From NCBI RefSeq assembly GCF_009834535.1, contig NC_045696.1, positions 75,828,001 to 75,892,000 of the forward strand: DNA of 64,000 nucleotides, given 5' to 3'. The DNA is from Camelus ferus (lineage: Eukaryota). A program made the translations under genes and the position numbers. The notes below the pieces were generated by a model, which did not search any database, was not told where the DNA came from, and saw only the letters and a list, made by a program, of their open reading frames with translations. Positions 13,325 through 26,832 of this stretch are shown in pieces (position 1 is the first letter of the stretch; each line of letters starts with the position of its first letter).

Positions 13325-13809
13325 TGTTGTAGACAGAATAATGGGCCCCCAAAGATTTCCAGGCCTTAATCCACAGAACTTTGGAATATGCTATCTTACA
13401 TGACACAAGGGACTTTGCAGATGTGATTAATTTAAGGACCTTGAGATGGGGAAATTTTCCTTGATTATCCAGGTGAGCCCAAGGTGATCATGTGAGGCCT
13501 CAAGGTGAAGAACTTTTCTTGGCTATGGTCAGAGGAAGACCTGACTACAAAAGGAGGTTTGGAGAGAGATTGGACAGATCTTTGAAGATAGGGGGAAAAG
13601 TAAATGAGCTGAGATGCAGGCAAGAAGCTGGAAAATATTAGAAAATGGTTTACTTTAAGAGCCTTCAAAAAAGAACATAGCCCTGCTGACAGGTTGATTT
13701 TAGTCCAGGGAGACCTGTGTCAGACTTCTGAACAGTAAGGTAATAAATTTATGCTGTCTTAAGCCACTAAGTTTGTGGTAATTTTTTATAGCAGCAATAA
13801 AAAACTAAT
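13325..13809 (+). mobile_element. MaLR solo LTR (MLT1D-like)
   Basis: Starts tgttgtagacagaataatgggcccccaaag and ends aagccactaagtttgtggtaatt...gcagcaataaaaaactaata. Confidence 0.88.
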
Positions 13810-14359
13810 AGTGAAGGACTCATTTCTGGGAACTTTCAGTATTTTAGAGGCCAACCCAAGGAAAAGTCAGCCAAGAAGCCTGAGAAGAGGGAACCAATAT
13901 GAGAATAAGAAATCCAGGAGAGCGTGGCATCATAAAATCCAAAAGGAGAAAGCAGTAACTAACTGCATCAAATGTGCCTAAGAGGTAAAGTGTGGTGAGG
14001 CTAGAAAAGTGACCGTCGGGCTCACCGATAGGTAAGTTGGTGATGCTCACCGGTGCAGTGTCAGTTTTGGTGGTGAGCACAGAACCCTACTTGAGCAAAG
14101 AACAGTGTGTGAGAAGTAAAAATGGGTGTGATGGTAACTATTTTAATATATTTTCTTGTGAAGATGCACAGAGAAATGGGGCCAATATTACTTGTTGGAA
14201 CAACTAGATAGATGGAAAATTTGGGAGAAGAGAAGGAGCAGCTAATTGGGGAGAGTTTATGGTGCATTGAGGTGTCTGGGGGTGGAGCTGTCCAGGATAA
14301 TTTGCACATGCATCTTTGCAGCTTGGGATTTGCAGTGGACCTAGGGATAAAGAGATTTT

Positions 14360-14501
14360 CTCTCTCTCTCTCTCTCTTTTTTTAATGAGAGGGAGATAAT
14401 TGGGTTTGTTTATTTATTTATACTTGGAGGAGGGACTGGGGATTGAACCCAGGACCTCATGCATGCTAAGTATGTGCTCTACTGAGCTATACCCTCCCTG
14501 C
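14360..14501 (-). mobile_element. Young tRNA-derived SINE of camelid type
   Basis: The reverse strand reads gggagggtatagctcagtagagcacatacttagcatgcatgaggtcctgggttcaatccccag (A and B boxes) with an A/GA-rich tail. There is a perfect 12-bp TSD taaagagatttt at 14348-14359 and 14502-14513. Confidence 0.9.
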
Positions 14502-15044
14502 TAAAGAGATTTTTTGAATCACAGAAATAGAAATGTTGTTCAAGTCTTGAGTGAGCTTATGAGGTTAGTCAGAGAAACTTAGAAGTAAAGGGAAAGAGAA
14601 GTAGCATTGCATATAAACACACTATTAATCTAGATGGAAATTTACAATTTATAAAGTGGAAGTATGATCTGGCTAAAAATGAAAAAAAAATATATTGATG
14701 CTGTTTTAGAAGCACAGTTCAGAGCTTTGAGATAAAAAGTAAATGATCAATAAATCACAAAACTGGTGCTGAGGCAAGATAAAGTAGCTTCAACTATCAA
14801 TAAAGCTGCTGGAAGCCTTATTCTGCTACAGGCAGAGCATCAGAAAGTTCTTGACGTGCCCTGCTGATAGTCTCATTGCTCAAAAGGCAGAGGGTGATAA
14901 AGGCAGAAGTGAGAGGAAATGCTATTGGCACCGAGTTCTGATCAACAATGAGAACTGATGAAGACATAAAAGTGATGGGGACCTGGGGAGAAAATGATTA
15001 TGCCATCTTTGAGTTTATAACAATGTAAGATGAGAGAGAGAATA

Positions 15045-15255
15045 CTGTCCAGTTATTAAGATCATACCTCTGGAGCCCAACTTACAAGATTCAAATTCCA
15101 CTTCTTACACTAGCTGGCTAGCTCACTCTATGCCTCAGTTTCCTCTTCTGTAAACAGGAATGATAAAATTAATTCATTGTGGTGTTGTGAGTTACTACTT
15201 GTAAAGCATTTAGGACAGTGGTAGAATAATTAAAATATTCGACAAATAAGCTAAT
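15045..15255 (+). mobile_element. MIR SINE
   Basis: ttcaaattcc...ctctatgcctcagtttcctcttctgtaaacaggaatgata...gtaaagcatttaggacagtg. Confidence 0.8.
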
Positions 15256-16046
15256 AATAATAATATCAACTGTGACCTTAGATTTCAGGGAGATTATTTT
15301 TCTTAAATGTGTAGGGAAAGTGCATTTTCTAATGTACAGGGGGTGGAGTCTTCAGGAGATGACTGCCCTTTACTGGGTATCAGAGAATATTCACCTATGA
15401 CACTATTCAGGGCATCCAGCACTGAACCAGGGTTGATGTAATAACCTGCTGTAGTCAAGAGAAGGAAACACCAAAAGGTGACTTAAAGTCTTATTCTCGG
15501 AAAGGACCAAACGTCAAAATGAAAGAGCCAAATTCAGTCAACAAGTCTCAGACGCGAGGTCAGGGTAAAGGCACGGGACAGAGCTAAAGGATGAAGAAAT
15601 GAGGGGACTCTGGAGCAGAAGACGAAGTGACAACAAGGGTGGGAGGGGAGCCGATGGGCCCATGACTAAACATATCTGACCTCGTGTCTCCAGAGTCTGT
15701 TGATGGCCTTAGTCACGCAGTGTGACTGAGGACCATGAGGACTTTGACACCCAATAAAACTAAATTCTGACTATGTAATCACACAAGATCCCAGGCCAGA
15801 GCAGAGAACAGTGTTGGGGAAACGAGCAAAATATTCTGTCTTTTGCCTCACAGTTTTATGTAACCGCATACACATAGTACACACTTATATAAACAGACAC
15901 CCACCCCCCAACATACAGATCCACCATATGGATTAGTGACAGCAAGAGTTTGGAGGATTTAGAACTATGGAAGATATTTTTTAAGGAAGTTGAAATCTGA
16001 ATGGCAAACGTGAGAGGGGATGGTATGGGAAAATAAACGAGTTATG

Positions 16047-16429
16047 TATGATGGTTAATTTTATGTGTCAACTTGACTGACCATAGGGCACAAAGATTAA
16101 ACATTGTATCTGGGTGTGTTTGTGAGGTTGCTTCTGGATGGGATTAGCATTTGAATTAGTGGACCCCAAGGCGGGTCAATATCATCCAATCCATTGAGGG
16201 TCTGAGTAAAACTAAAGTGGGAAGAAGAAGGAATTCACCCCTTTTTTTCCTGCCTCATCGCTCAGTTGGGACATTCCATCTCAATGTCTCCAGTCCTCAA
16301 ACTGGGACGTAAACCACTGGGTCCCCTGGTTCTCAGGCTACCAGACTTGGACTGAATTATACCATTGGCTTTCTTGAGTCTCCAGCTTGTACATGGCAGG
16401 TTGTAGGACTTCTCAGACTTCATAATTAT

Positions 16430-16463
<34 letters not shown>
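16047..16463 (+). mobile_element. ERVL LTR (MLT2-like) ending in a (CA)n microsatellite at 16432-16463
   Basis: tatgatggttaattttatgtgtcaacttgactg...ggactgaattatacca...ggacttctcagacttcataat. Confidence 0.88.
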
Positions 16464-16466
<3 letters not shown>

Positions 16467-17379
16467 TATTTTCAGTGTATTTTAAAACAGGGAGTTGACC
16501 ACAGTGGGCCATGAATCCTGCTTGGCGGTCAGTTGGAGGTGGGTGAGTAATGGCTGTCCTCTCTGAAGGCACACTCTGGGCGCTCCAGGAGCACATTTTA
16601 CCAGCTGGGCCACTGTGGGTTTTGAATTTGTGAACCATGGTCAAGCACCAAGAGTCAAGGAAAAGGGCAAAGCACCCAAAGCAGTTGGCAGAAAAAGAAG
16701 ATATCTGAAGAGAGAAAAACAGTTAGCAACTGTGACTTATATGCATGGACCAAAGCACATGTGGTGGGTAAACGGACTGATCTGGTCTAAAGGGTGACAG
16801 ATACAAAATCATCTGCAGTTTCAAAGGACACTTTTTGATGAGCTCAGATTGTAAGGGAACTTGGGAAGGAGAGTCAAGGAAGAAGGGACATAAAATAAAA
16901 GATTAGCTCAGAAGATTGGTTTGAACGTCTAAGGAGGATGTTGAGTACTCAATAAGAGCTCAAGTCTGCAAAAACTTTTTGAAGACAAAATAGTGGACCA
17001 TTTTTCTTTTTGCTTAGTTCAGAGCAAGAAGGAGAGATGAAGGAAGGCAGTCTGCTGGTAACAAATGTACAATGCTAAGATGACAAAAGGCAAACGAGAT
17101 TCAGCTAACTCCTATTTAGCTTTCATCTTCTCCAACCCGGACAATGATCTCCAGAGTGGCAAAGGGAGAGCAAACATGGTCAGGAGGAAATTGAAAACCA
17201 AGATAGGTAAGGAGATAGTGTGAGAATATAAAGCCTTTTTAAGCCTTCAGTCTCAGAAAAATTACATCTCAGGGGAGTAAAAGAACTATAAATTTGATTA
17301 CGAAACCACCACAATCTTTGAGAACACTTAAAGAATGAAAGAAATTGGAGTTATAGAAAAGAAATACCTTTTCTTTTCA

Positions 17380-20300
17380 ATTATTTTGTTTTCTTAAAAT
17401 AAAGTTGGAAATAGGAAATTTAGGATATATAGAAAGGTCATAGGAAGCAGAAAAGAAATCACCTATAATTTTACCTTCCAGAGTCAAGTATGATTACCAC
17501 TTTGGCATATGTTCTTCCTGAAATTTTATATGCATTTTTATGTAGTTGTGATAATATAGACTACATAACTGTTCATCAAGTTTTCTTGACTTTAGCAGTA
17601 AATCATAGACATTTTTCAATGCAATGGTAACTCTTCAAAAACATCTCTTTATGAACTACATAATATCACATGATATATTATTAAATTATGTTAATATTTA
17701 TAATATTGTGTGGTTATTAAGTTACATGTAATTTATTTTACCCTTTTCCTCTTCAGTGATATTTGTTTCCAGTTTTTCACTGTTTACCAATAAAGTGTGA
17801 TGAACATCATTACATATATATATATATTTGTTACTTTTTCAGATTTTGCCTTAGCATTCATTTCTTTACTAAATTTGGGGAAAATAACTATAAAGGTTTC
17901 TCTGCACATCATTTAACTGCTTTCCAGAGCTGGAGTCAATGTACATATATGAGAGTACCTACCAATGGAATCCTCAAATGAATTGACTATCACAATTAGT
18001 TAAGATTTTGCATCTTAAAGTAAAATATGACATCTTGTTATTTCGATTTACATTCCTTTGGATCTCAGTGAGGTAGAAGAGTTTTGATATGTTCAGTAGC
18101 CATTTGTATTTCCCTTGTTATTAATTATCTTGAAATATTAATTGTCATTTTTTGGATAAATTTCCCTATAAAATGCTTGAAATTTTTATTCTGGTTTAGG
18201 GTAGAAAAGGTTATCAATGTAAAAAAAATCCGATTTCCAATGATTACTTTTGATTTGGATGTTTTATCTAATATCAATAATTAAATTCCTTCTTTTTGTC
18301 TCTGGTTTTCTGGCATACCCTTGGTCCGTCTTCTCTTAGTCATCTTTGACATGCTGTTAGAAGCAGCACAGAGACCAGTTTTAAAAATTTTATGTTTATA
18401 ACCATTACTGAAGGGATTGGTATTTTATCTTATTTCATCTTACATCTTCTGTTTTGATGTGCTTCCATACAGTTTGTTTTTATTTTTATTTTTGTTGCAA
18501 TCATTTTTTTGTTTTATTCTCTAGTAGTCTGGGGGAGTTATTTGTTTTTCTTAATTTTACTAGTGATAGAATTTCTCATATATTTCTAAACCTGTATTTC
18601 TCTCTTTTCCAAGGACAAAAAGAAATGAAGACTTCTGAATCATTTCTCTGCTGAAGGAATTTGTCACTCCTGTGCTATTCTTTTCCTACCCAGTTCTCAG
18701 TTTTGTTTATTTATTTTAATGAGATTTAAGAACCTGGCTTATTGTTATATGTTGTTCTACTATGTAAAACACCATTTAAAATAATTTTTTATTTTACATT
18801 CAGTTGAATAATCACACTACCATAGTTATTTTTAATTCAATTAGGTCATTTTATATCCCACAATCATCCTTTTATGTTACCAGAATACTATTCTTAGCTT
18901 CTCAAGGTGACTGAAGAATGTCTTTCTCTGAAAGAACACATAAGTCTTACGTTTAATGGAGCTTTTAATACCCAAGAAAATTCTTCTGTTGTCTTTACAG
19001 TGGAATGACATCTTAGGTGAATACATGAATCTTGAATCACTACCACTTAACTTCAACAAAGTTAAATGCCACACTTTTCTCCACCTTGAGTCATCCACTT
19101 AAGTATATCTTCGATTGTAAGAAAAGGAAAATAAGGAATACATTTTCAGAGCTTAAACACAGCTACTCTTTTGCTTTCAAACTAGAATGGCCATCCTGGT
19201 ACACATGTAGAATTCTTGGGTCATATTTTTTCTTTTAAATATTCTAGAGGCATTGTTGTTTTTAATTTAATACCATGCAATAAAAGTCTGAGGCTAGTAT
19301 AATTCTATCCCCTTTTATGTAATTTTTTAATCTCCTGACCATATACTTGTAGGATGTGACTATGTTAAGCATGGGTCTCTTTTTATTCCTTTTCCCTGGA
19401 ACATAACGGGTCATTCTTTATCTATAGGATCAAGTCAGTTTCCACCTCATGAATGTTCTTTCCTAAGTCTGATTAGTCTTTCATCAATTTTTTTGATTTA
19501 TCATAATAAGCACAACTTCAGTCTCTATTTTCTGTCTTCCATAATTTTTTTTTTTAACTTTCTAACTCTGGGAGACCTTCTTTAGCTTGTTATCACCAAT
19601 CCAGTTTTCTCAGTTTCATTTCTGCTCTTTACTGTTTCCAATGTGAATTCTAACTTTTCTATTTTAGGTAATTTCTTTCTATAACCTACTACACCATCCC
19701 ATCTTTTTCTTTCCCTATAACCCTGTAATGGATGTCATAATCTCCCCAGATAATTTGTCTAAACCAGTTATAGTTGTTTTATTTCCCATTTCAGTAATTG
19801 CCTGAGGAACATTTATATAATTCAATTCAGGTCAATGTGAGGAGAAATTGACTGGGAGATTTTGCACAATGCTTTTCTCTCATAACAAAGAGGCTTAGGA
19901 AGAGTCATCCCTTTTTTATCATGTTGATGTTAATGTGGGTGGATGTGACACATGGAATTGCTGCAGCCATCTTGAGACCATGAGGTAAACCAGCTTGAAA
20001 ACACAGAATTAACACAATTAGGTAGGAAGGACACAAAAGCTCTGATGACAGCTTGGCCTCTGTAAAAGCCTACAATACAATCCACTTTGCCTCCGTACTT
20101 CTAGTTTTATGAGAAAATAATGTATTTATTGTCTAAGCCATCCCACATCAAAATTAGTACATGTAGCCAAGGACATACTAGTCCCAATACTGGCCCCTGT
20201 TTCTGCTTCAAACTGAGCATATTATTAGGCTTTCATTAGGGGAGTAAGATAAATTTTCTCAAGCATTTTCCAATTCTTCTTATAGAAAATTATTTCTAAA

Positions 20301-21500
20301 GTATGTCTTTTTCTCTGAATCTTCAAGATAATTCTTCTTTGCCTTTACATTGAAACATTTTTCCATAAACCCTATGTCACGCTGTTTAGTACTACCCTGT
20401 TTACTCATCCTTGATACTTCTGTACTGATGCTTTATTTTACAGATTACAGAATACATGTATTACTCCTGTGCAGATACTTACCTTATTATGCATGGGGGA
20501 ATTCTTGTTTTTAGATCTAGACCTGCCTGCAGTAATGTGCTCAGTATGGGATAATGTGTTCAGTCTCTATTGTGTTGAGAACGGACAGGGAAGAGAAGTT
20601 TTATCTGTTCCACTAAGGAAACAAATTTTCCTCTAACTAGCCTATGTAACTATGGTAAACAGTCAGACAGTCCTGCAGTTCTTTTTGTACAAGAGATGTA
20701 CATAAAACAACTACATTCCCCAGTGTGTACTACTTAAATGGTCTACCTTATTGCTCCCCCAGCACCACGTGTATGACTTTTCCTGAGGTAATTGCATAGC
20801 AGGATATAATGCAACTCTCCTTCCTCTACTCTCAATCAAGTTTTATTCTGGGAATTGTAACTTCTGAGTGAAATTAGAAATAGAGGATTGCTGGGAAAAT
20901 TGGAGGAAGGTACCTGACACTATTATATAGTGGAACATCACTCTCCTGAAATGTCAAGGACTTGACCTATTGGAGATTAATGCCATTTTCAATTTTAATT
21001 TAATGCTGAAGAAGTAAAAATCATGAAAAAATAGGTTTGGCACATAAATATAGGAAATGAGATAAAATATGGTAAGAAATAAATGAAATTTAAAATCATG
21101 TTTTAGAAAGCTTGCTTTAATTTTTAAAAAATTGATCTCCCAAAACAATTGTAGATTATGTAACTTTTGTCTGTTGGACATGAAAAAGGAAAAATACCCC
21201 AACAGAATATCAGGTATGCACACACTGGCCTTCTGTGTATCATCACGAATTGTTTATCTATAGCCTGACTATATCCTCCCATCATATATCATTCCAAAGT
21301 TTTCTTCAACTATTACACTGGTGTGACTTTATAAACAACTGTTCATTTAAGCAAAACTTTCAGCAGGCTGTCCCTTCCTTCTGTATGTTTTGGCATTAGC
21401 ATTTTGGATACATTATTTTCTACCAAAGTTCTTATGCACCAGCGTTTGGTTGGCTGCCAGATTTTCTGGTCAACATAATCCTTAAGTCACAAAGTTAGGA
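17380..21500 (-). mobile_element. Highly decayed old L1 (L1ME-like) fragments with an MLT1J/K-like LTR piece at about 19770-20180
   Basis: T-rich antisense L1 motifs (gccatttgtatttccc, aagtctgaggctagt). The LTR motif ggaattgctgcagccatcttgagaccatgagg is present. Confidence 0.6.
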
Positions 21501-24500
21501 GCAGACATTGGGGATGCAGCTGCCCATGCAATTCTGGTACAGAGAGTGGACGGTCTCTAGACTGGAATGTGTATTCCAAGTCATTGGAAATTCCCTTCAC
21601 ACAGTAGCATGTGGTCTTTTTTTTAATTTTTAGTTTCCTGTGCCATTGTATTTTTGTCCTTTAATAGATCTTTTTAAATACTTTATCCGAGAGATGTAAG
21701 AGGATATAAGAGTCACCAGTATAGCCTCTGCATTAATTATAACTTCTCTTTTATAAAAGGATAGACCAGTAAGCTTAGAGGTATTTCTCTTTGACATGCT
21801 ACTATCTAATAAAGTATTAAACAGAGTAATGAACAGAAGAGTGGGCCCCAAAGTATGAGTATATGTGCCATTTGTTTACGCCATCCCTAATAAGTCTCTT
21901 TTCCTTTTCGGTGAAGCTGACTCTACTGATAGATATGAGATGCTACAAATCAGTGTTATCAAATGTTTTCCCCCTGAGGTTTGTGGGCAGCCATGGTTTA
22001 GGAAAAGCTCGGGGAGAATGGAGGTGATGAGTATAGGTGTGTCATCTTTCTACCCACATTTCAACCACAGCAGCTCCACATTTCTTACGTCCTATAAACT
22101 ATGATTCCATATAAGTCTTATTTGAAAAAGTGAATTATGTTGCTTTTAAAAATCAGAATCCCAAAACCTTCCAACTGATGAAGTATTTTTCCCACAGGAG
22201 ATTTCAATAAAGTCTCTTATGATATTCTTGAGACTATGATAACAAAGCTTGAACTGGACAAGAGTACAGGTAGCCAGATTGTAAGTAGTTAAACAACCAT
22301 GCCTACCATATCCACATGGTCTTCTCTAGTGATATGGCAATGAGATCCTGACCAATTCAATATTTTGGTTAGCAACTTGAAAGAAAATTAAATGATGTGC
22401 CATTTAAATTTGCAGATAATTAAAAACTGAGTTAACCAGGTAATACGTTGAGTGGCAATCAATATTCAAAATTATTTCAACAGACTAAAAACTAATAAGG
22501 TTAAATTAAAAATACAGTTCAGATCCATCCTTGAGCCTTAAATGTAATTTTCTCAACTGAAGAACAAATGAAGTATAACTTAAGTAGTTCATTTGAAAAA
22601 GGCCAACATGTGTTTATGAATAGCAAGCCCACATGACCTAGAAACTATTTAAAAAAGTAAAGGTAATTGTAAAGTACATTATGTGTAGAACTTATAATGT
22701 TCCCACTGGCCTCTACGGTGGCTGATCTACATCTGCAGAGCATATTTAATTTGGGTTGGAGAGACTAAAGCATCTATCGAGGAAGGTAAAGAAAATGTTG
22801 AGAGATCCACTATGTCTATGAGAAGGGGTTGAAGATATTGGCTAAAGTTGAGATGACAAAGGACAACATCAAACAACACCCAAAGGCCTGCTAGATGAAG
22901 CAATGGAGAGAAGTTACAGAAGCAAAGATTTGGTTCCGTGCATAGGAAAAAAACGGTAATTAGCACCATCCTAAAAGGAACGGTTAGTCTTATCAAACAG
23001 ACTTATAGATCTTTGTAAATCTTCAAGCAGAGGCATTAGGTAAAAGATTAAATTACAAAATCCTGAAGCATTCCTGTTAGAACTTAAGCTGCTATGAGTC
23101 CATAGACAATAGGAGTGTGAGTGATCTTAACTTTTCTGGAGCAGTTTACCCACACAGAAACACAGGAGGGGGCCATGAGTCATGGCTAAGGACATGGGAT
23201 GGCCACAAAGGAGAATAAGCTCATGGTAATGATTTACCACTTCTTTTCTTTTCAATGAAAATAAAGCATTCTAAACTATATGACTTTAGAAGAAAAATAA
23301 ACTCTTGTATAATGTTTTCTGCATGTAGAAATTACTTATGACCCAACGTGCTGCTTTTTCATTTTTGTTTTATAGAAAGATGATACATCAACTCTATGAG
23401 ACATTTCAAGAGTAAGAAACATTGTCTTCATCTCTAATATACTATTTTTTCATGTCGTCTGACTAGTTTACCCTCATGTATTCATACTTTTAGGTTTGCC
23501 ATTATCCAGCGCTGACATTTTGTTTTCATGTATATAATCAAAATCATTATCAAAACAGGAGCTCCAGTGTCTGGTGGAGAGTAGCTATATAATAGTTATT
23601 TAATAGATGAAGGAATGCGTACTTCAAATAGGAAAAGTGCTTGCATGAGAAGCTAAGACAACGGTTTTGGAAGGTTTCTATGAGTGATTTTTGAGGTTAC
23701 TGCAGAGAGTGGAATTCAATTCATTTATAAATCTGTTAATGTCATGATTCCTTATGACTTTAAATATTTATGAAACACAAGTGTCAGCTGCAGTTATCAG
23801 ACTTTTTAGAAGAAAGGATGATGGCCCCAAGCCTTTTTCCTAGTGATGCCTTGAGGGAAGACTAGTGTCCCACCAAAGATTTCTGCAGATTTCCAGAGGG
23901 CTTGTTTTTCATGGACACTTCTAACCCTAGCTCTTGCTTCCACAGAATTACTTTAGGAACTGTTTAGCTGTCTTGAGTGTTATACCTTTTCTTCACTGTA
24001 TCAGCACAAGCAGGGCACTTGATCATGGTCGTTAGTGAAAAAATAAGCCAACAAACAAACAAAAATTACTCATAGAAAGCTTTTGTGTAGACATCTGTTA
24101 TTATAAAATGATAATGGATCAAAGTGGAGTTTACCTACCTAAGGCCAAGAACTGAAAATTAAATGTTAGATTTTCCTATTCCAGAAAAGCCCTTTCATTT
24201 AACCTATAACTGGGATTTTTTTTCATCAGATAAATGGCACCATGGAGCATACAGGCTTTTGTTATATGGCTAGCTCCCCTCTCTCTTAGCCCTCATTCTT
24301 CTCTCCCTTATCCATTCCATCCCTCCCAAACTGCTCCTAACTCCAACTTCTCCTCACTAAAACATTCATCTTTCTTTGGTCCTATCTTCTGAACCCAGCC
24401 CCAGGAAAACCTTTGAATATCCAAAACTGACCCAAGTGTTCACATGAAGGAGATCCATTAGCAGCCCAGTCAGCAACAACCTTCAGATTTTATTTAAGGA

Positions 24501-26767
24501 TCCATCTTCCTTAAAAGGAAATTATGCTCTTAAATAATGAAGTTTTTATACCTGTATTAAATATAAAAATAACTAGACATATTGAATCATCTGCCTTATT
24601 TCCAAAAATTAGAATCTTTGCCCAGAACCTAAGCCCTTAAAATCAAACATTCACATGCCAACATTTGTGGGCATTAATTCACTGAACAGGCTACATGACA
24701 TAAAAAGATTAAGAAATATTAAAATAATCCCTACATAAGAGAAGTAGCTATTTTAGAACATTTGTGTTTAATTTTTCCACAAGTAATCCATCTGCAAATG
24801 CCATACATTCAAATAATTGCAGAGGAAAATATAAAAATCACATTGTTGTATTTTTATTTGTTGATGATAACTCCAAGACGTTAATCCACAGAAAAAGAAT
24901 GAGACAGTTATTTTATTATTTAGAACATGCATTCATTGGTGATATTTTTGTACCTTAAAAAAAGATATGAAATAACATACTTAGGTTTCTACAAGAAAAT
25001 ATTCTTACCTAAACAGTGCTACTAATCACTGTAAAACAAAAAGTTCATCAGTGAAATTTACTGCCTAATTTAAAAAAATTAATAAAATCAAAACAGTATC
25101 CATGTGTGATCTGTAATAAATATTTTCTGCATCTGTTTACAGTGAATACCACTGTGACAGGAGTGTTTGCTCTCTGTCCAGGGACCATTTGCTATCTCTA
25201 GGGAAAATAACAAATGGTGTATTTTTCATTGCAGCACAGAAGAGATGAAAGTTCAGGTAGCCTGTGCTTAAAGGTCTTCCATTTTTCCATTAAGGAGCAG
25301 TTACTCTTTTTATTTTTTAGAAATGTTACTATCTTTATTTTTACTGGTTATAAAGGTGGTATTTGTTTCTTGTTGAATTTTCAAATACTACGGAAGTAAG
25401 TAAAATAAAAATTGTATCTACTTCTAACTTTATCTTACGTTGTCTGTGTCTTATAAATTTATGATTTGGGGGGAAATACAGAATTAACATAAATACACAA
25501 AATATGGTTCTGACCTCAATAGGAAAACGTTGTTTTATCTCTTACAAGAAAGGGTCTTCTTTAATTGAGTAATATGGAGTCTTAAAAGGGTCTTCTTTTA
25601 TTTTTTAAAGAAAGGATTAAGTAATCATCTGTTACCTGTGACAGGCAGCAATTACTCTTAAGTCTCCTTTCCTATTTCACCCTGACAAGCCCCTCCAGAA
25701 AATTCTAGGACCCAATGAAAAAAAATTCATTAACAGGGTACCAAAACTAATGTTTCTCCTTGCATACTATCTTTGACTTTGAGATTTCCTTTGCAGCTGA
25801 TATACCCAGTTTCAACTCACATATCCAAGAATTATGGATATAATTTTCAACATTACATGCATTATAATAAAATTTCATTCTAATGTATATTGTTACCATA
25901 TGGCACATTATATTTGAATTTGATAATTTTTTTGCATTTATAAAATTTCTCCTGTAGTTTGAAGAAAATTTTTCTTAAATAATTAATAATAAGTTAATTA
26001 TTACTGGTCAATTTTTAAGGTTTAATTTATTATTCAACATTTCTTTTAAAATCCTGGACTATTTTCCCTAATAAAGTCTGTAAGTAAATCCATTTCAAGC
26101 ATTTCCACTTAAAAATGTCTTCTTCAGATGACAAATTAAATTTTAGAATTTAAAAAATAAAACATCATTTATTAATATCTCCACTCAACTATATTTGCTG
26201 CAAATTTATGTCAGGTGAATAGAAAATAAATCTTTTTGTATTCATCTTACAGCAACATGAATGTATACACTTTTATACAAACAGGAAAGTAAGTAATTAG
26301 TGGGATGGATTCAGGGGGATTTATTTAATCAATCAGCCATTATAAACAGGCAATTAAAATGCAGAACTTTTGTCCACAAAATGCACAAAATTAAATATGA
26401 AATATGAATGCAAATCCATTTTATAAGAGCAAACAATACTGGTATGACAACGATGTATCAAATGTAACTAATTTTTCTAGTTTTCTAATGAAGGGTATGC
26501 TATAAGACTTAAGGGATAATCTGTACCTACTTAACAGAGGCATCAAAATACTATGCAATCTATTAGTATCATCAAGGAAAAATAAAGGCTATATAAATAC
26601 GGGGTTGTATAAAAAGCATTCTGCTAAAAGTTGCATTTTCCTTTAATAAACTATCTTTGTGTGAAGATGAGCACACCTCTTTTAAAGCACCCACACACAT
26701 GTAATAGGATGGTTATATCCCGTGTGGTGCTCCTTTTAGGATCTCAGTGTCAGAAAACGATACTCAC

Positions 26768-26832
26768 AGCAGTAAACGGTGATGCAGTTGTTATGATAAT
26801 AACCTCAATCTTTCATTTTGTTCTCTGGATAT
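26768..26832 (-). CDS. TNIP3: Upstream exon (65 nt, phase 0 to phase 2) of the same gene, with an in-frame TAA
   Basis: The acceptor is ctgtatgcctag| and the donor is GCT|gtgagtat. It reads ISREQNERLRLLS*QLHHRLL-(CT). Its phase-2 end joins 1035-1158 in frame (CT|A = Leu). The peptide is coiled-coil-like and resembles the ABIN N-terminal helix. Confidence 0.6.

Larger units (their letters stand above)
11950..14330 (-). mobile_element. Fragmented L2 LINE interrupted by the RPS24 retrocopy and an MLT1 LTR
   Basis: L2 motifs (gatagtgatcagtgctatg, gggccattggaggg, ggctggagatataaa-like, gtttggtggtgag) continue collinearly on both sides of the inserts. Confidence 0.75.
14690..23060 (+). mobile_element. 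Fragmented ancient CR1/L3 LINE (pieces at about 14690-15020, 16890-17340 and 22190-23060)
   Basis: CR1 ORF2-like motifs appear in order: aagttcttgac...ggggacctggggagaaaatgattatgccatctttgagttt; ctaactcctatttagctttcatcttctcc; tttgcagataat...aaactg, gaagcaaagatttgg. Confidence 0.6.

Noticed and set aside
25009..25028. 20-nt minus-strand micro-exon with strong splice sites (ttttgttttacag / TAG|gtaaga)
   Set aside because: It has stop codons in all three frames, so it cannot be coding. There is no other support, though a poison exon cannot be excluded.
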